32,000 nt of DNA from Desulfotalea psychrophila LSv54 (lineage in GTDB: Bacteria; Desulfobacterota; Desulfobulbia; Desulfobulbales; Desulfocapsaceae): positions 2,550,001-2,582,000 of the forward strand of contig NC_006138.1 in NCBI RefSeq assembly GCF_000025945.1, read 5' to 3'. Shown here piece by piece: positions 9,093-18,588 of this stretch. The notes beneath the pieces were generated by a model that saw only the letters and a list, made by a program, of their open reading frames with translations, ran no database searches and had not been told where the DNA came from. Made by a program: the position numbers and the translations under genes. Position 1 is the first letter of the stretch. Every line of letters begins with the position of its first letter.

Positions 9093-11324
9093 CTAGGTAC
9101 GGGGCGCTGGAGATGGCCTTTTAGCACCGGCAAGCTTTACAATAATCTGATTTGATTTTTGCAAACGTATGGTGATTGCTTTAAAGATATGCTCTGATAC
9201 CTCTGGGTACTTGGCAATCACCTCTTCAATTTTATCACCTGGATATCTCTTTACCTCGGTTCGTCCAAGGGCAACAATGGAGGCCGTACGCTCTTCATTT
9301 ATAATTGTCGCCATCTCACCAAAGTACTCTCCGGGCTCTGTAATCTCGGCAATTTTTTTACCACTCTTAATAACAGAGAGGGCACCACGAATCAGTTTAA
9401 AGAAGTCCTTATCATTATTTTCTTCTCTGATAATGACATCTCCATCCTCATAAATTTCAACATCTGGGTTAAGCAGGTAGGCAGGAAGACTTTCTTTCTG
9501 GGCAACGGTTCTTTTTAAGGCCTCTTCTATACTGGTAACACCTTCTCGAACCTTTTGCAGGGCAGCTTCACGCAGTGGGCTCATGCCCTCTTGGCAGGCA
9601 ATTTTTCGCAACTGATCCTCGGGCACCTGGGCACTGATTGCCTTGGCAACCTCTTCATTTACCTCCATCAGCTCAAAAAATCCCACTCGACCTTTATAAC
9701 CAAAGCCACTACACTCACTACAACCCACAGGCCCGTAAATAACTAAGTCATCCAACTCTTCCTGATGAAAACCCAGTTTGATAAGTTCTTCCGGAGAATA
9801 TTCGACAACCTCTTTACATTTACTACAGAGACGACGTCCCAAACGCTGAGCCAACACCATGCTTACCGAAGAGGCCAACATATATGGAGGAATACCAATA
9901 TCAACAAGACGGGCAATAGTTGCAGCACTGTCATTGGTATGCAGGGTGGAAAACACCAGATGACCTGTCATCGCTGCCTTAATGGCAATCTCCGCAGTTT
10001 CCATATCACGAATCTCACCAACCATGATAATATCTGGATCCTGGCGCAAAAAGGCTTTAAGGGCAGCGGCAAAGGTCATCCCTACCTCGGGATGCACGTT
10101 CACCTGATTGATCCCACGAAAGTTAAACTCGACAGGGTCCTCAGCTGTTAATATCTTAATATCCTCACTGTTCAGTGAATTCAAGGCGGAGTAAAGGGTA
10201 ACCGTTTTACCGGAGCCGGTAGGCCCGGTAACCAACACAAGCCCCTGAGGTCTCTTCAGACAACGTTTCAGGCCAGCAAAGGTATCTTCCTGAAAACCAA
10301 GTTTAGTGAGATCAACATTCAAAGAACTCTTATCAAGAATACGTAAAACAACGGCCTCGCCAAAGAGGGTCGGTAGAGACGAGACACGAAAATCAACAGA
10401 CCGATTGCGACCAAGTCGCATCTTAATACGACCATCCTGAGGAATCCTCCGCTCAGTAATATCAAGCCCTGCCAGAATCTTCATCCTCGCAACCAAGGCA
10501 TTCTTGATGGTCAGGGGCAGATTCATTGACTTATAAAGAGTTCCATCCTTACGGTAGCGTACCTGCATACTCTTTTCGTAGGGTTCAACATGGATATCAG
10601 AGACTCCATCCTGGACAGCCTTAACCAAGATACCATTCACCAACTTGATAATAGGTGCATCGGAGGCATTAAATTGGTCCATGGACTCATCTACGTCATC
10701 CTGTTCTATCTCAAAATCATCGGCTGCCTCTGCCACAATAGAGCCAAAATCTTCAACCTCTGTTATGCCAATATCAGTCTCTTCTTCTATATCTCCAGCA
10801 TCACCGTAGAGTTCCTTGGCCTCTTCGTCGCTTATCCCGTAATATTTCTTATAGGCATTAATAATATCTTTTTCAGGAGAAATACAGACAGCAAGCTCTT
10901 TGTTGACCAGATCCTGCAAGGCCTCAACAGCAGCCGTATCGCAGGGTTCTACCATGGTAACCTGCAGGGTATTACCCGCCACCCGCAGGGGCAAGGCCAT
11001 ATACTCTTTTGCCTGCTCGTAGGAGAGTAGCTGAACAACCTTTGCCGTGGGAGGTTCTTTTTCGATAACCACCGCAGGATAATTATGCTGTCTACTCAAA
11101 AAGTTAAAGACAGTACCCTCATCAATATACTCTAATTGACGTAGAACAAGGCTCATCCGCTGGCCCCTCTTCACCAGTTTTTTTGCCGTTTCTAATTGGG
11201 TTGTGGTAATTTGCCCTGCCTTACTAAGTAGTTCACCAAGCTTAATCTTCCCCGCTCCAGATTGATCCTTAACTGTCCTTCGCTTTGTCGACCGCATGGC
11301 GGTATTTTTAGTTGGTAGGGCCAT
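9093..11324 (-). CDS. Type II secretion/type IV pilus assembly ATPase (GspE/PilB/MshE-like) with N-terminal MshEN-like domain and C-terminal cyclic-nucleotide-binding-like domain
   Basis: Walker A GPTGSGKTVTLYSALN, Asp box, Walker B DPDIIMVGEIRDMETAEIAIKAAMTGHLVFSTLHTND, and CSKC...CSEC are present. The C-terminus IYEDGDVIIREENNDKDFFKLIRGALSVIKSGKKIAEITEPGEYFGEMATIINEERTASIVAL resembles a CAP_ED domain. Confidence 0.93.
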   Translation of the reverse strand: MALPTKNTAMRSTKRRTVKDQSGAGKIKLGELLSKAGQITTTQLETAKKLVKRGQRMSLVLRQLEYIDEGTVFNFLSRQHNYPAVVIEKEPPTAKVVQLLSYEQAKEYMALPLRVAGNTLQVTMVEPCDTAAVEALQDLVNKELAVCISPEKDIINAYKKYYGISDEEAKELYGDAGDIEEETDIGITEVEDFGSIVAEAADDFEIEQDDVDESMDQFNASDAPIIKLVNGILVKAVQDGVSDIHVEPYEKSMQVRYRKDGTLYKSMNLPLTIKNALVARMKILAGLDITERRIPQDGRIKMRLGRNRSVDFRVSSLPTLFGEAVVLRILDKSSLNVDLTKLGFQEDTFAGLKRCLKRPQGLVLVTGPTGSGKTVTLYSALNSLNSEDIKILTAEDPVEFNFRGINQVNVHPEVGMTFAAALKAFLRQDPDIIMVGEIRDMETAEIAIKAAMTGHLVFSTLHTNDSAATIARLVDIGIPPYMLASSVSMVLAQRLGRRLCSKCKEVVEYSPEELIKLGFHQEELDDLVIYGPVGCSECSGFGYKGRVGFFELMEVNEEVAKAISAQVPEDQLRKIACQEGMSPLREAALQKVREGVTSIEEALKRTVAQKESLPAYLLNPDVEIYEDGDVIIREENNDKDFFKLIRGALSVIKSGKKIAEITEPGEYFGEMATIINEERTASIVALGRTEVKRYPGDKIEEVIAKYPEVSEHIFKAITIRLQKSNQIIVKLAGAKRPSPAPRT

Positions 11325-11354
11325 AACAATAATATACCTGTGTTAAAAGAAATT

Positions 11355-11380
11355 GGTGGAAGAGGATATCCTCTTCCACC
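11355..11380 (-). terminator. Rho-independent terminator of fhs
   Basis: Perfect 26-bp palindrome GGTGGAAGAGGAT|ATCCTCTTCCACC. On the minus strand it is followed by AATTTCTTTTAACA. Confidence 0.8.
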
Positions 11381-11391
11381 GGTAAGGTTTC

Positions 11392-13154
11392 CTAGAAAAC
11401 ACCCTTAACTCGACCCGTCTGCAGGTCAACATCAACACGACGATAGGCAGGATCAGAGCCTGTGCCTGGCATAAGACTAATTGCTCCCGCCACCGGAACT
11501 ACAAAGCCAGCACCCTTATAGGTAAGAATATCACGAATAGGTAAGGTCCAACCCTTGGGCACACCCTTCAGCTTTGGATCGTGGGAAAGAGAGAGGTGAG
11601 TCTTCACCATACAGGTGCCGAGTTCTGCCATCTCCGGATCTTTTGCAAGCTGAGTAAGTTTCGTGCGAGCCTCCGGAGTATAAGAAACTCCATCTGCTCC
11701 ATAGACCTCTTTAGCAATAAGCTCTATTCTCTTCTCAAGCGGAGTATCAAGCTCATAGAGGAATTTAAAATCATTTTTCTCTTCGCAGGCATCAATTACC
11801 GCATCAGCAAACTCCAGGGCACCATCACCACCATGTTCCCAGTGAGTGGAGACGGCTACTCGAGCGCCAGCGTGCTCACAGATACGTTTTACAGCCTTGA
11901 TCTCATTAGGACGATCTGTATAAAAGGCGTTAATACAGACAACGGGATTAATACCCGCCTTCTTCACCGTATTAATGTGATGCAGGAGATTCTTACAACC
12001 CTCTTCTACCCAACCAACATTTTCCTTAGCATATTCTTCGGGCATTGGCTTGCCAGGAACAGGAATAGGAGCACCTCCATGACATTTAAGAGCCCGAATA
12101 GTTGCCACAATAACAGCACAGTTCGGCTTATTGCCAGAAAATCGACACTTGAGGTTCCAAAATTTTTCAAACCCAATATCAGCACCAAAACCTGATTCGG
12201 TCACATTATAGCCTGCAATTTTCAAACCTACCCGATCAGCAATAACAGAAGATTGACCGATAGCAATATTGGCAAAAGGCCCGGCATGAACAAGAACAGG
12301 CTGACCCTCAAGGGTCTGCATAAGATTAGGATTAATCGCCTGCACCATCCAAGCTGTCATTGCCCCGTCAACCTCAAGGTCTGCAGTTGTTATCGGACGA
12401 TCCTGCTTATCATAGGCAACCACAACCTTAGCAATTCTCGCCCGCATATCAGCAAGATCGTTAGCTATGGCCAAAATTGCCATCAACTCGGAGGAGACAG
12501 CAATGGCAAAGGAAGACTGTATGGTAGGGCCATCCATTTTGCCACCAATACCGATGGTAATATTACGAAGAGCCTGAGCACAAAAATCTATAATCCAGCT
12601 AAACTGAATTTTCTTAGGATGAATATCCAATCGCTTAAGATTTCTTTGGGCAAGCTGGGCGTCTGTGTAGTTGGCCTCATGCTGCATCCGGGCGGTGAGA
12701 GCCACCATGCCCAGATTATGGGCATTCATAATGGAATTGATATCACCGGTAAGCCCCAAAGAAAATTCATTTAAAGGAATACATTGTGACCTGCCACCAC
12801 CGGCCGCAGAGCCCTTGATATTCATGGTCGGGCCACCTGAAGGCTGACGAATAGCTCCCACAACACTCTTATCCCGCTTGCCCAACCCCTGGACAAGACC
12901 CATAACACTGGTTGATTTTCCTTCGCCAAGTGGTGTGGGGGTAATAGCCGTTACATCAATATATTTACCATCTGGGCGATCTGCACATCGATCCAGAATT
13001 TTTCGGTAATCAAGTTTAGCAACATGATGACCATAGGGAAGTATCTCTTCCTTCGTAAGGTCCAACTGTTCAGCTAGCTCAAAACTGATTTCATTCGACT
13101 TTCAGCTTCTTCTGCAATCTGCCAATCTTTATACTCTTTAGGGTCAAGGGTCAT
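11392..13154 (-). CDS. fhs: Formate--tetrahydrofolate ligase, with an apparent 1-nt deletion after about 24 codons
   Basis: The main frame (13065..11392) contains [43 protein letters not shown] and EMKGRFPG-region-like content. The N-terminus [24 protein letters not shown] starts at ATG 13154 behind a strong SD (GGAGG) in another frame. Confidence 0.93.
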
Positions 13155-13250
13155 CTGCGCCCTCCAAGAATTAAAGGAAGTTTTTTAGTTACTATAAAAC
13201 AGTTAGCAGCTATTAGACTGCGACATCAGTAGTAAATTTTCACTACGATA

Positions 13251-13290
13251 CCTAAAGAGAGTCTCTCCCGAAGGTAACACTCTCTTTAGG
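13251..13290 (-). terminator. Strong hairpin between thyX and fhs (thyX terminator or fhs leader structure)
   Basis: 12-bp perfect stem CCTAAAGAGAGT / ACTCTCTTTAGG with a 16-nt loop. No clear T tract follows on the minus strand. Confidence 0.5.
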
Positions 13291-13302
13291 ACAAGATATG
13301 TT

Positions 13303-14235
13303 TTAATAATCAAGCGCAGGAAACTGGCCCTTCATCTCCACCTCAAGAGGAATCATAACCTCCCGCATGGATGGTTCTACATGAGTTGTGGTGCGAAGAG
13401 AAAAAATATGGCCCCATTCAGAGAGACTGCAAAAGGCAATAATCTCTGTCTTACAAGAATTAGGCAAAACCGTACGGGCAGCCTGGGGGGTAGAGGTCTT
13501 CAGGAGTTGCAAATATAATTTTTCTGTCTCCTCCATAGCCTCGTTCCACGCCTCATATTCGGGAGTGCCCTCCTCAAAGAAGAGAGGTCTGACAAAGCTT
13601 ACCTGATTACCAAATTTTTCATTACTATAACGGCAATAACGCTGACTTTCCTGCAGATACGAACAGGGACGATGCCGAACGAGTTCATGGGTTACAGCCC
13701 TGTTCACCACAAATCTTACCGCCACAAAGCGGTGTGCAAGAAGCAATGCTGCCGGTAGAGCATCCACCTCCGCAAGGGAAAGTTTGCTCGCCTTCACATC
13801 TCCGCTGTAGGAGGCATCGGCACCCCAAATATCAGAAAAAAGGTAGGGCTCTTTTTCCGCAAGCAGCACAAGTGCTGAACATATAATTGGGTTTTCCGAA
13901 TACAAAGAGTAGAACTCACGAAAAGCCCTTATTGACCCACTGACCAACAATCCTCCGTCAACAACATTCACAGCAAAATATTTAGGTTGGCAGGCAAAAA
14001 AATCGGCCACGGCTTCGGTTCCACACTCAAAACGCAGAGTGATAGCTGCCATCTCCATTACAGAGTTATGTCCATGGACAACCATTTTTTGAACAAAGGG
14101 AATAGCAGATGCAGGCGTGATCTTATCCTCACTCTTATAACAGATCCGCCCACAGGCCTCGACACGCTCAACAAGAGATGCACTATCCATCTCACCTAAA
14201 ATTTCATAGGAAGGGTCAACAATTAACATGTACAA
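13303..14235 (-). CDS. thyX: Flavin-dependent thymidylate synthase ThyX (long form)
   Basis: MVVHGHNSVMEMAAITLRFE...VNRAVTHELVRHRPCSYLQESQRYCRYSNEKFG...NSCKTEIIAFCSLSEWGHIFSLRT carries a ThyX-type RHRxxSxxxxSxRY signature. Confidence 0.88.
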   Translation of the reverse strand: MYMLIVDPSYEILGEMDSASLVERVEACGRICYKSEDKITPASAIPFVQKMVVHGHNSVMEMAAITLRFECGTEAVADFFACQPKYFAVNVVDGGLLVSGSIRAFREFYSLYSENPIICSALVLLAEKEPYLFSDIWGADASYSGDVKASKLSLAEVDALPAALLLAHRFVAVRFVVNRAVTHELVRHRPCSYLQESQRYCRYSNEKFGNQVSFVRPLFFEEGTPEYEAWNEAMEETEKLYLQLLKTSTPQAARTVLPNSCKTEIIAFCSLSEWGHIFSLRTTTHVEPSMREVMIPLEVEMKGQFPALDY

Positions 14236-14248
14236 TCACCAATTAAGA

Positions 14249-15430
14249 TTATGCTTCTTTCCAAAATGGAGACATCTTCCGCAATGACGCTATAATAGCC
14301 GGCATCTTATCCAATACAAAGTCCACCTCTTCTTCTGTATTATACACACTGAGAGAAAAACGTATGGAACCATGGGCCGCAGTAAAGGGCACACCCATTG
14401 CCCGCAGTACATGGGAGGGTTCCAACGAACCAGAGGTACAGGCAGAACCGGATGAGGCACAGATATTGTGCTCATTCATATAGAGAAGAATGGCCTCACC
14501 CTCTACAAATTCAAAGCTAATATTAGAGGTATTGGGCAGTCGGTGAGTTTTATTGCCATTAAGAAGGGCTTTGGGCACCGATGCCAACAATCCCTCTTCA
14601 AGTCTATCACGAAGGGCACGGACTCTGCTATTTTCTGTTTCCAACATCTGTCCGGCAAGCTCACAGGCCTTACCCAAACCAACGATGGATGCAACATTTT
14701 CAGTTCCACCGCGACGGCCATGCTCCTGATGACCACCTATCAGGAAAGGAGTAAACATCGTTCCCTTACGCACATAGAGCACACCCACACCCTTGGGGGC
14801 ATGAAGTTTATGGCCTGAAAGGGCAAGAAAGTTAATTTCATTTTCAGCCATATTTATGGGGATCTTACCCACGGCCTGAACTGCATCCGTATGAAAAAGA
14901 GCGCCCCTGCTTTTGGCAAGCTGAGCCATCTCTTCCACGGGAAAGATCACGCCTGTTTCGTTATTTGCCCACATAACACTGACAATAGCAGTGTCTTCAC
15001 AGAGAGCCTCACGATAAGCATCCATGTCCAACATACCTTCAGCATCAACCTTAAGGCGAGTTATTCGGTAGCGATGACCGGTCGCCACTTCAAGGTTGTC
15101 ACAAAGACTCTTTACGGCAGGATGCTCGACACGGGTGGTAATAATATGACGTTTTTCAGGATGGGTACGAAGAGCAGCAAGGATGGCGGTGGAATCACTC
15201 TCGGTACCGCAGCTGGTAAAGGTAATTTCATCAGCACTGGCTCCAAGCAGATCTGCAACCTGCTGACGGGCCGTATTTACCGCCGCAGCAACCTGACCGC
15301 CAAAGGTATACATACTGGACGCATTGCCATAGTACTCAGAAAAATATGGTATCATCTCTTCAAGCACTTCTGGAGCAACCTTGGATGTGGCGTTATTGTC
15401 CATATAGACAATCTTGTTTTCTTTTAACAT
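14249..15430 (-). CDS. nifS: Cysteine desulfurase (NifS type)
   Basis: IVYMDNNATSKVAPEVLEEM...SGHKLHAPKGVGVLYVRKG...GGHQEHGRRGGTENVASIVGLGKA...NICASSGSACTSGSLEPSHVLRAMG. Confidence 0.94.
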   Translation of the reverse strand: MLKENKIVYMDNNATSKVAPEVLEEMIPYFSEYYGNASSMYTFGGQVAAAVNTARQQVADLLGASADEITFTSCGTESDSTAILAALRTHPEKRHIITTRVEHPAVKSLCDNLEVATGHRYRITRLKVDAEGMLDMDAYREALCEDTAIVSVMWANNETGVIFPVEEMAQLAKSRGALFHTDAVQAVGKIPINMAENEINFLALSGHKLHAPKGVGVLYVRKGTMFTPFLIGGHQEHGRRGGTENVASIVGLGKACELAGQMLETENSRVRALRDRLEEGLLASVPKALLNGNKTHRLPNTSNISFEFVEGEAILLYMNEHNICASSGSACTSGSLEPSHVLRAMGVPFTAAHGSIRFSLSVYNTEEEVDFVLDKMPAIIASLRKMSPFWKEA

Positions 15431-16263
15431 TAGTCCTCCTCCACAATAAGGCTCTCCAGGACAAGTTCTCTCAGCTTCTTCTCAACATACTCTTTAATGG
15501 TGGTTTGAGAGTTACTACAACTCTTACAGGCTCCACGCAAAGAGACGGTGACAAAGTCACCATCCACATCAACAAGCTCAATATCGCCATCGTCTTTTTT
15601 CAAAACAGGACGTATAACCTTATCGAGTACCTCTTCGATCTTCTTAATTTTTTGCAGGGCAGTCATGCGCTTAGGTTCTTTAGCTACGACAGCTGTACCA
15701 GCCTGCTCTTTCATGGTCTTGACAAGCAATTCGCGAAGCTTGTCTTCACACTTACCACAACCACCACCTGCCTTGGTAAAGTTGGTAATCTCTTCAACAG
15801 AGTGCAGGTTGGATTCTGTAATGGCACGAATGACCTCAACATCTGTTACGCCGAAACAGTCACAAATCACTTCGCCTTCTGCCATGGGCAGGATAGTGCC
15901 ACGGTAATCAGCAATAGCAGCCTCAAGGGCCTCACGTCCCATGACAGAACAGTGCATCTTCTCTTTAGGCAGGCCACCGAGTCTTTCGGCTATATCTTCA
16001 TTGGTTACCTTGACTGCCTCTTCAACAGACATACCCACAATCATCTCTGTCAATACAGAGGACGAGGCGATAGCACTTGCACAACCAAAGGTTTTAAACT
16101 TTGCATCGGTAATAATATCATTTGCATCAATGGCAATGGTAAGCTTCAGCGCATCACCACAGGCAAGTGAACCCACATCGCCCGTACCACTGGCATTTTC
16201 AATTTCCCCTACATTCTGAGGCTGAAGAAAATGCTGTTGTACCTTATTCGTATACTCCCACAT
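15430..16263 (-). CDS. nifU: Fe-S cluster assembly scaffold NifU (three-domain)
   Basis: CGDALKLTI...DAKFKTFGCASAIASSS...HCSVMGREALEAAIADY, then EVICDCFGVTD...GGGCGKCE, then C-terminal RGACKSCSNSQTTIKEYVE. Confidence 0.95.
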   Translation of the reverse strand: MWEYTNKVQQHFLQPQNVGEIENASGTGDVGSLACGDALKLTIAIDANDIITDAKFKTFGCASAIASSSVLTEMIVGMSVEEAVKVTNEDIAERLGGLPKEKMHCSVMGREALEAAIADYRGTILPMAEGEVICDCFGVTDVEVIRAITESNLHSVEEITNFTKAGGGCGKCEDKLRELLVKTMKEQAGTAVVAKEPKRMTALQKIKKIEEVLDKVIRPVLKKDDGDIELVDVDGDFVTVSLRGACKSCSNSQTTIKEYVEKKLRELVLESLIVEED

Positions 16264-16464
16264 AATATCGCTCCTATCTATAAAATCTCAAAAAAAACGA
16301 GAAAAATCAACATGAAAGTAATAAGCTAATAACTCCAATGTCTTAGCAACTTCCACCTTTTTATATAATCGGCCATACTGCACATGCTACTCTGCAAAAT
16401 AACGCTCTATATCTTCATGTCAAGGCAGGCTTGCCTTTGATGGAGAAGAAAAAATGTCTTTTAA

Positions 16465-18210
16465 TTATAAAGATAAAAGACCAATATCTATCAACAGTTG
16501 ACGAGCCGTTTTGATAAGGGCAGAGGCACCGCTCCTTGTTCTTGATTCTACGTAAAAACGCACCTTCGGCTCTGTGCCTGATGGTCGAATCATAAGCCAG
16601 GAGGCATCAGCAAAAATAATTTTTCGCCCATCTATATCAATCACCTGAGATATTTCTCGTTCTTCACCTGCCACCTCAAGCGTCTGTCCCGGCAAAAGAG
16701 ACGACAATTTTTCAAGAGCCTCCGCAAGGGCTAGGCCCTCCATGCTCACCGCCACACTTCCAACCTCAGGATAATAACTGCCATAGCACGCCTCAATCTT
16801 GCCGAGGTAAGTTCCCAGGTTTTCACCGGTAGTTAAGACAATATCAAGTGCGAGGAGCAGGCCTATATAGGCATCTTTTTCCGGGGTATGACCAATAATT
16901 GAGATGCCGTCTGACTCTTCAAAGCAGACCACTGCCCTACCAACCACAGGTTTAAACTCTTTAAAACCAACCCGTGGTTCAAAAATTTCCTCAGAAAAGG
17001 ATTCTGCTATCCGGTTGGCAAGATTAGAGGAGGCAACTGTTTTAGCCAGGAGGCCATGCACACCCTTCTCTTCATGTAAAAAGTGGTAAGCGATGGCTCC
17101 GAACTGATTCATTGAAATTTCTCTGTCGCCATCGGTAAAACGAATTCTGTCCCCATCTGGATCAATAATGGCTCCCAACTTAAGAGGAGTTTCTATCCCC
17201 TGCAGATAGGTGACCAAGCCCTGCATATTGGCAGATGAAGGTTCAGGGGCAACTCCACCAAAGGTCACATCAGCCGTATTTCTCAACTGCTTTATCTTTG
17301 CCCCTGCCTCCTCTCCCAAAAGCGCGTCTATATGCAGGCGACTCGCCCCATGCACAGAGTCAACGGCAACAGAAATATCATCACGCTGGAGCAGTTTGGC
17401 CGATATTTCACTGAGATCTAAGCCATGTTTATCTCTATTCTGACTCACCAGATCCTTCCATAGCTGCAGAGAGTCGAGCAAATGCACCCTGTCGTCGGCA
17501 AGAAATGTCTCTTCAGTGAGTAAACTCACATCTCTCCCATCTTCTACAATGAGCCGACTCTTTTTGGTAATATACTCTGTTACCCCACTTGCAGCAGGCC
17601 CAGCATCGGCGCCATTAAATTTATAACCACCGTATTCCAAGGGGTTGTGCGATGGGGTTAAATTGATAGAGCAGGAGGCACCTAGCTGTAAAACAGCAGC
17701 AGAGAGAACACCCGTAGTGGACTCTCCTGCATAGTGCACCCGAAAACCGGCAGCCAACAGCACTCCGGCTACGGCACGCGCCAGAATCTCGCCCCCAAAA
17801 CGATTATCAAAACCCAGGACACAGCCTCGCTCCTGCGCCTCGGCAAATGAATCCACCAAGAGAAGCCGGGCAAGTTGCCTATTTACATCAATCTGCTGAA
17901 ACATATCAACAATTGCTGCCGTCACACAGGATACAGTATAAATATTGATATCCTTACCTAAAACCCCCCGCCAACCTGAGGTGCCAAAGGATATTTCCTT
18001 TGTGGGGGAATGACGATTTTCTAAAATTTCCCTCTCAAGCAGAGCATAAGCTGCCCTCAGGGGAGATCCACAGTCGTTGCCATGCTTTTTGGCACAGGGA
18101 ATGATTGTTTTTATCAGAGAGAAATAATCGCTCTGCCGGTGGGCATTGGCTACCACAAAACGAGAGAACAGCTGCTCCGCACAATCGCTCATCTTTATAT
18201 TTTCCATCAT
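16465..18210 (-). CDS. Phosphoglucomutase/phosphomannomutase family protein
   Basis: EISFGTSGWRGVLGKD...INLTPSHNPLEYGGYKFNGADAGPA...GAIIDPDGDRIRF...VVCFEESDGISIIGHTPEKDAYIG...MIRPSGTEPKVRFYVE. Confidence 0.92.
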   Translation of the reverse strand: MMENIKMSDCAEQLFSRFVVANAHRQSDYFSLIKTIIPCAKKHGNDCGSPLRAAYALLEREILENRHSPTKEISFGTSGWRGVLGKDINIYTVSCVTAAIVDMFQQIDVNRQLARLLLVDSFAEAQERGCVLGFDNRFGGEILARAVAGVLLAAGFRVHYAGESTTGVLSAAVLQLGASCSINLTPSHNPLEYGGYKFNGADAGPAASGVTEYITKKSRLIVEDGRDVSLLTEETFLADDRVHLLDSLQLWKDLVSQNRDKHGLDLSEISAKLLQRDDISVAVDSVHGASRLHIDALLGEEAGAKIKQLRNTADVTFGGVAPEPSSANMQGLVTYLQGIETPLKLGAIIDPDGDRIRFTDGDREISMNQFGAIAYHFLHEEKGVHGLLAKTVASSNLANRIAESFSEEIFEPRVGFKEFKPVVGRAVVCFEESDGISIIGHTPEKDAYIGLLLALDIVLTTGENLGTYLGKIEACYGSYYPEVGSVAVSMEGLALAEALEKLSSLLPGQTLEVAGEEREISQVIDIDGRKIIFADASWLMIRPSGTEPKVRFYVESRTRSGASALIKTARQLLIDIGLLSL

Positions 18211-18220
18211 CTCTTACCAG

Positions 18221-18385
18221 TTATTCATCAATCTTAATAGCTTCCGATAAGAGCATTATCGGAATGCCATCTCGTACAGGATACAAAAGCTTACATTTTT
18301 CACAGACAAGTCCTTCGCCTACAAGCTGGACAGGCCCCTTGCATTCTGGACAGGCAAGAATATCAATTAGTTCTTGTTCAAGCAT
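18221..18385 (-). CDS. Trm112-like (YcaR family) small zinc protein
   Basis: 54-aa ORF below the supplied track's size cutoff: MLEQELIDILACPECKGPVQLVGEGLVCEKCKLLYPVRDGIPIMLLSEAIKIDE. It has two CxxC pairs and the YPVRDGIPIML motif. Confidence 0.9.
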   Translation of the reverse strand: MLEQELIDILACPECKGPVQLVGEGLVCEKCKLLYPVRDGIPIMLLSEAIKIDE

Positions 18386-18588
18386 TATACCCTCATTATG
18401 GTGGCGGAAATAATTAGGTTAAACATTAATTATAATTTTTAAAAAAAAGAGTCTCTACACAAAGACTACACCATCTGGTAGTATACTCCGATGAAGCTAC
18501 AAAGCTCAAGATTTTTGCAGAGGGCTTCAGAGATAATAAACTGCTTTTTATAAGATATTTACCAAATAAAGATGGCAAAAAAAAGATT

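Noticed and set aside
9765-11030. Plus-strand ORFs antisense to the ATPase (128 aa, 146 aa)
   Set aside because: These are shadow ORFs on the opposite strand of a strongly conserved gene, with no recognisable domains.
11581-12774. 204-aa and 173-aa plus-strand ORFs antisense to fhs
   Set aside because: Opposite-strand shadow ORFs of fhs; no motif support.
15346-16170. 274-aa plus-strand ORF antisense to nifU/nifS
   Set aside because: NifU and NifS motifs on the minus strand are unambiguous. The antisense ORF is compositional.
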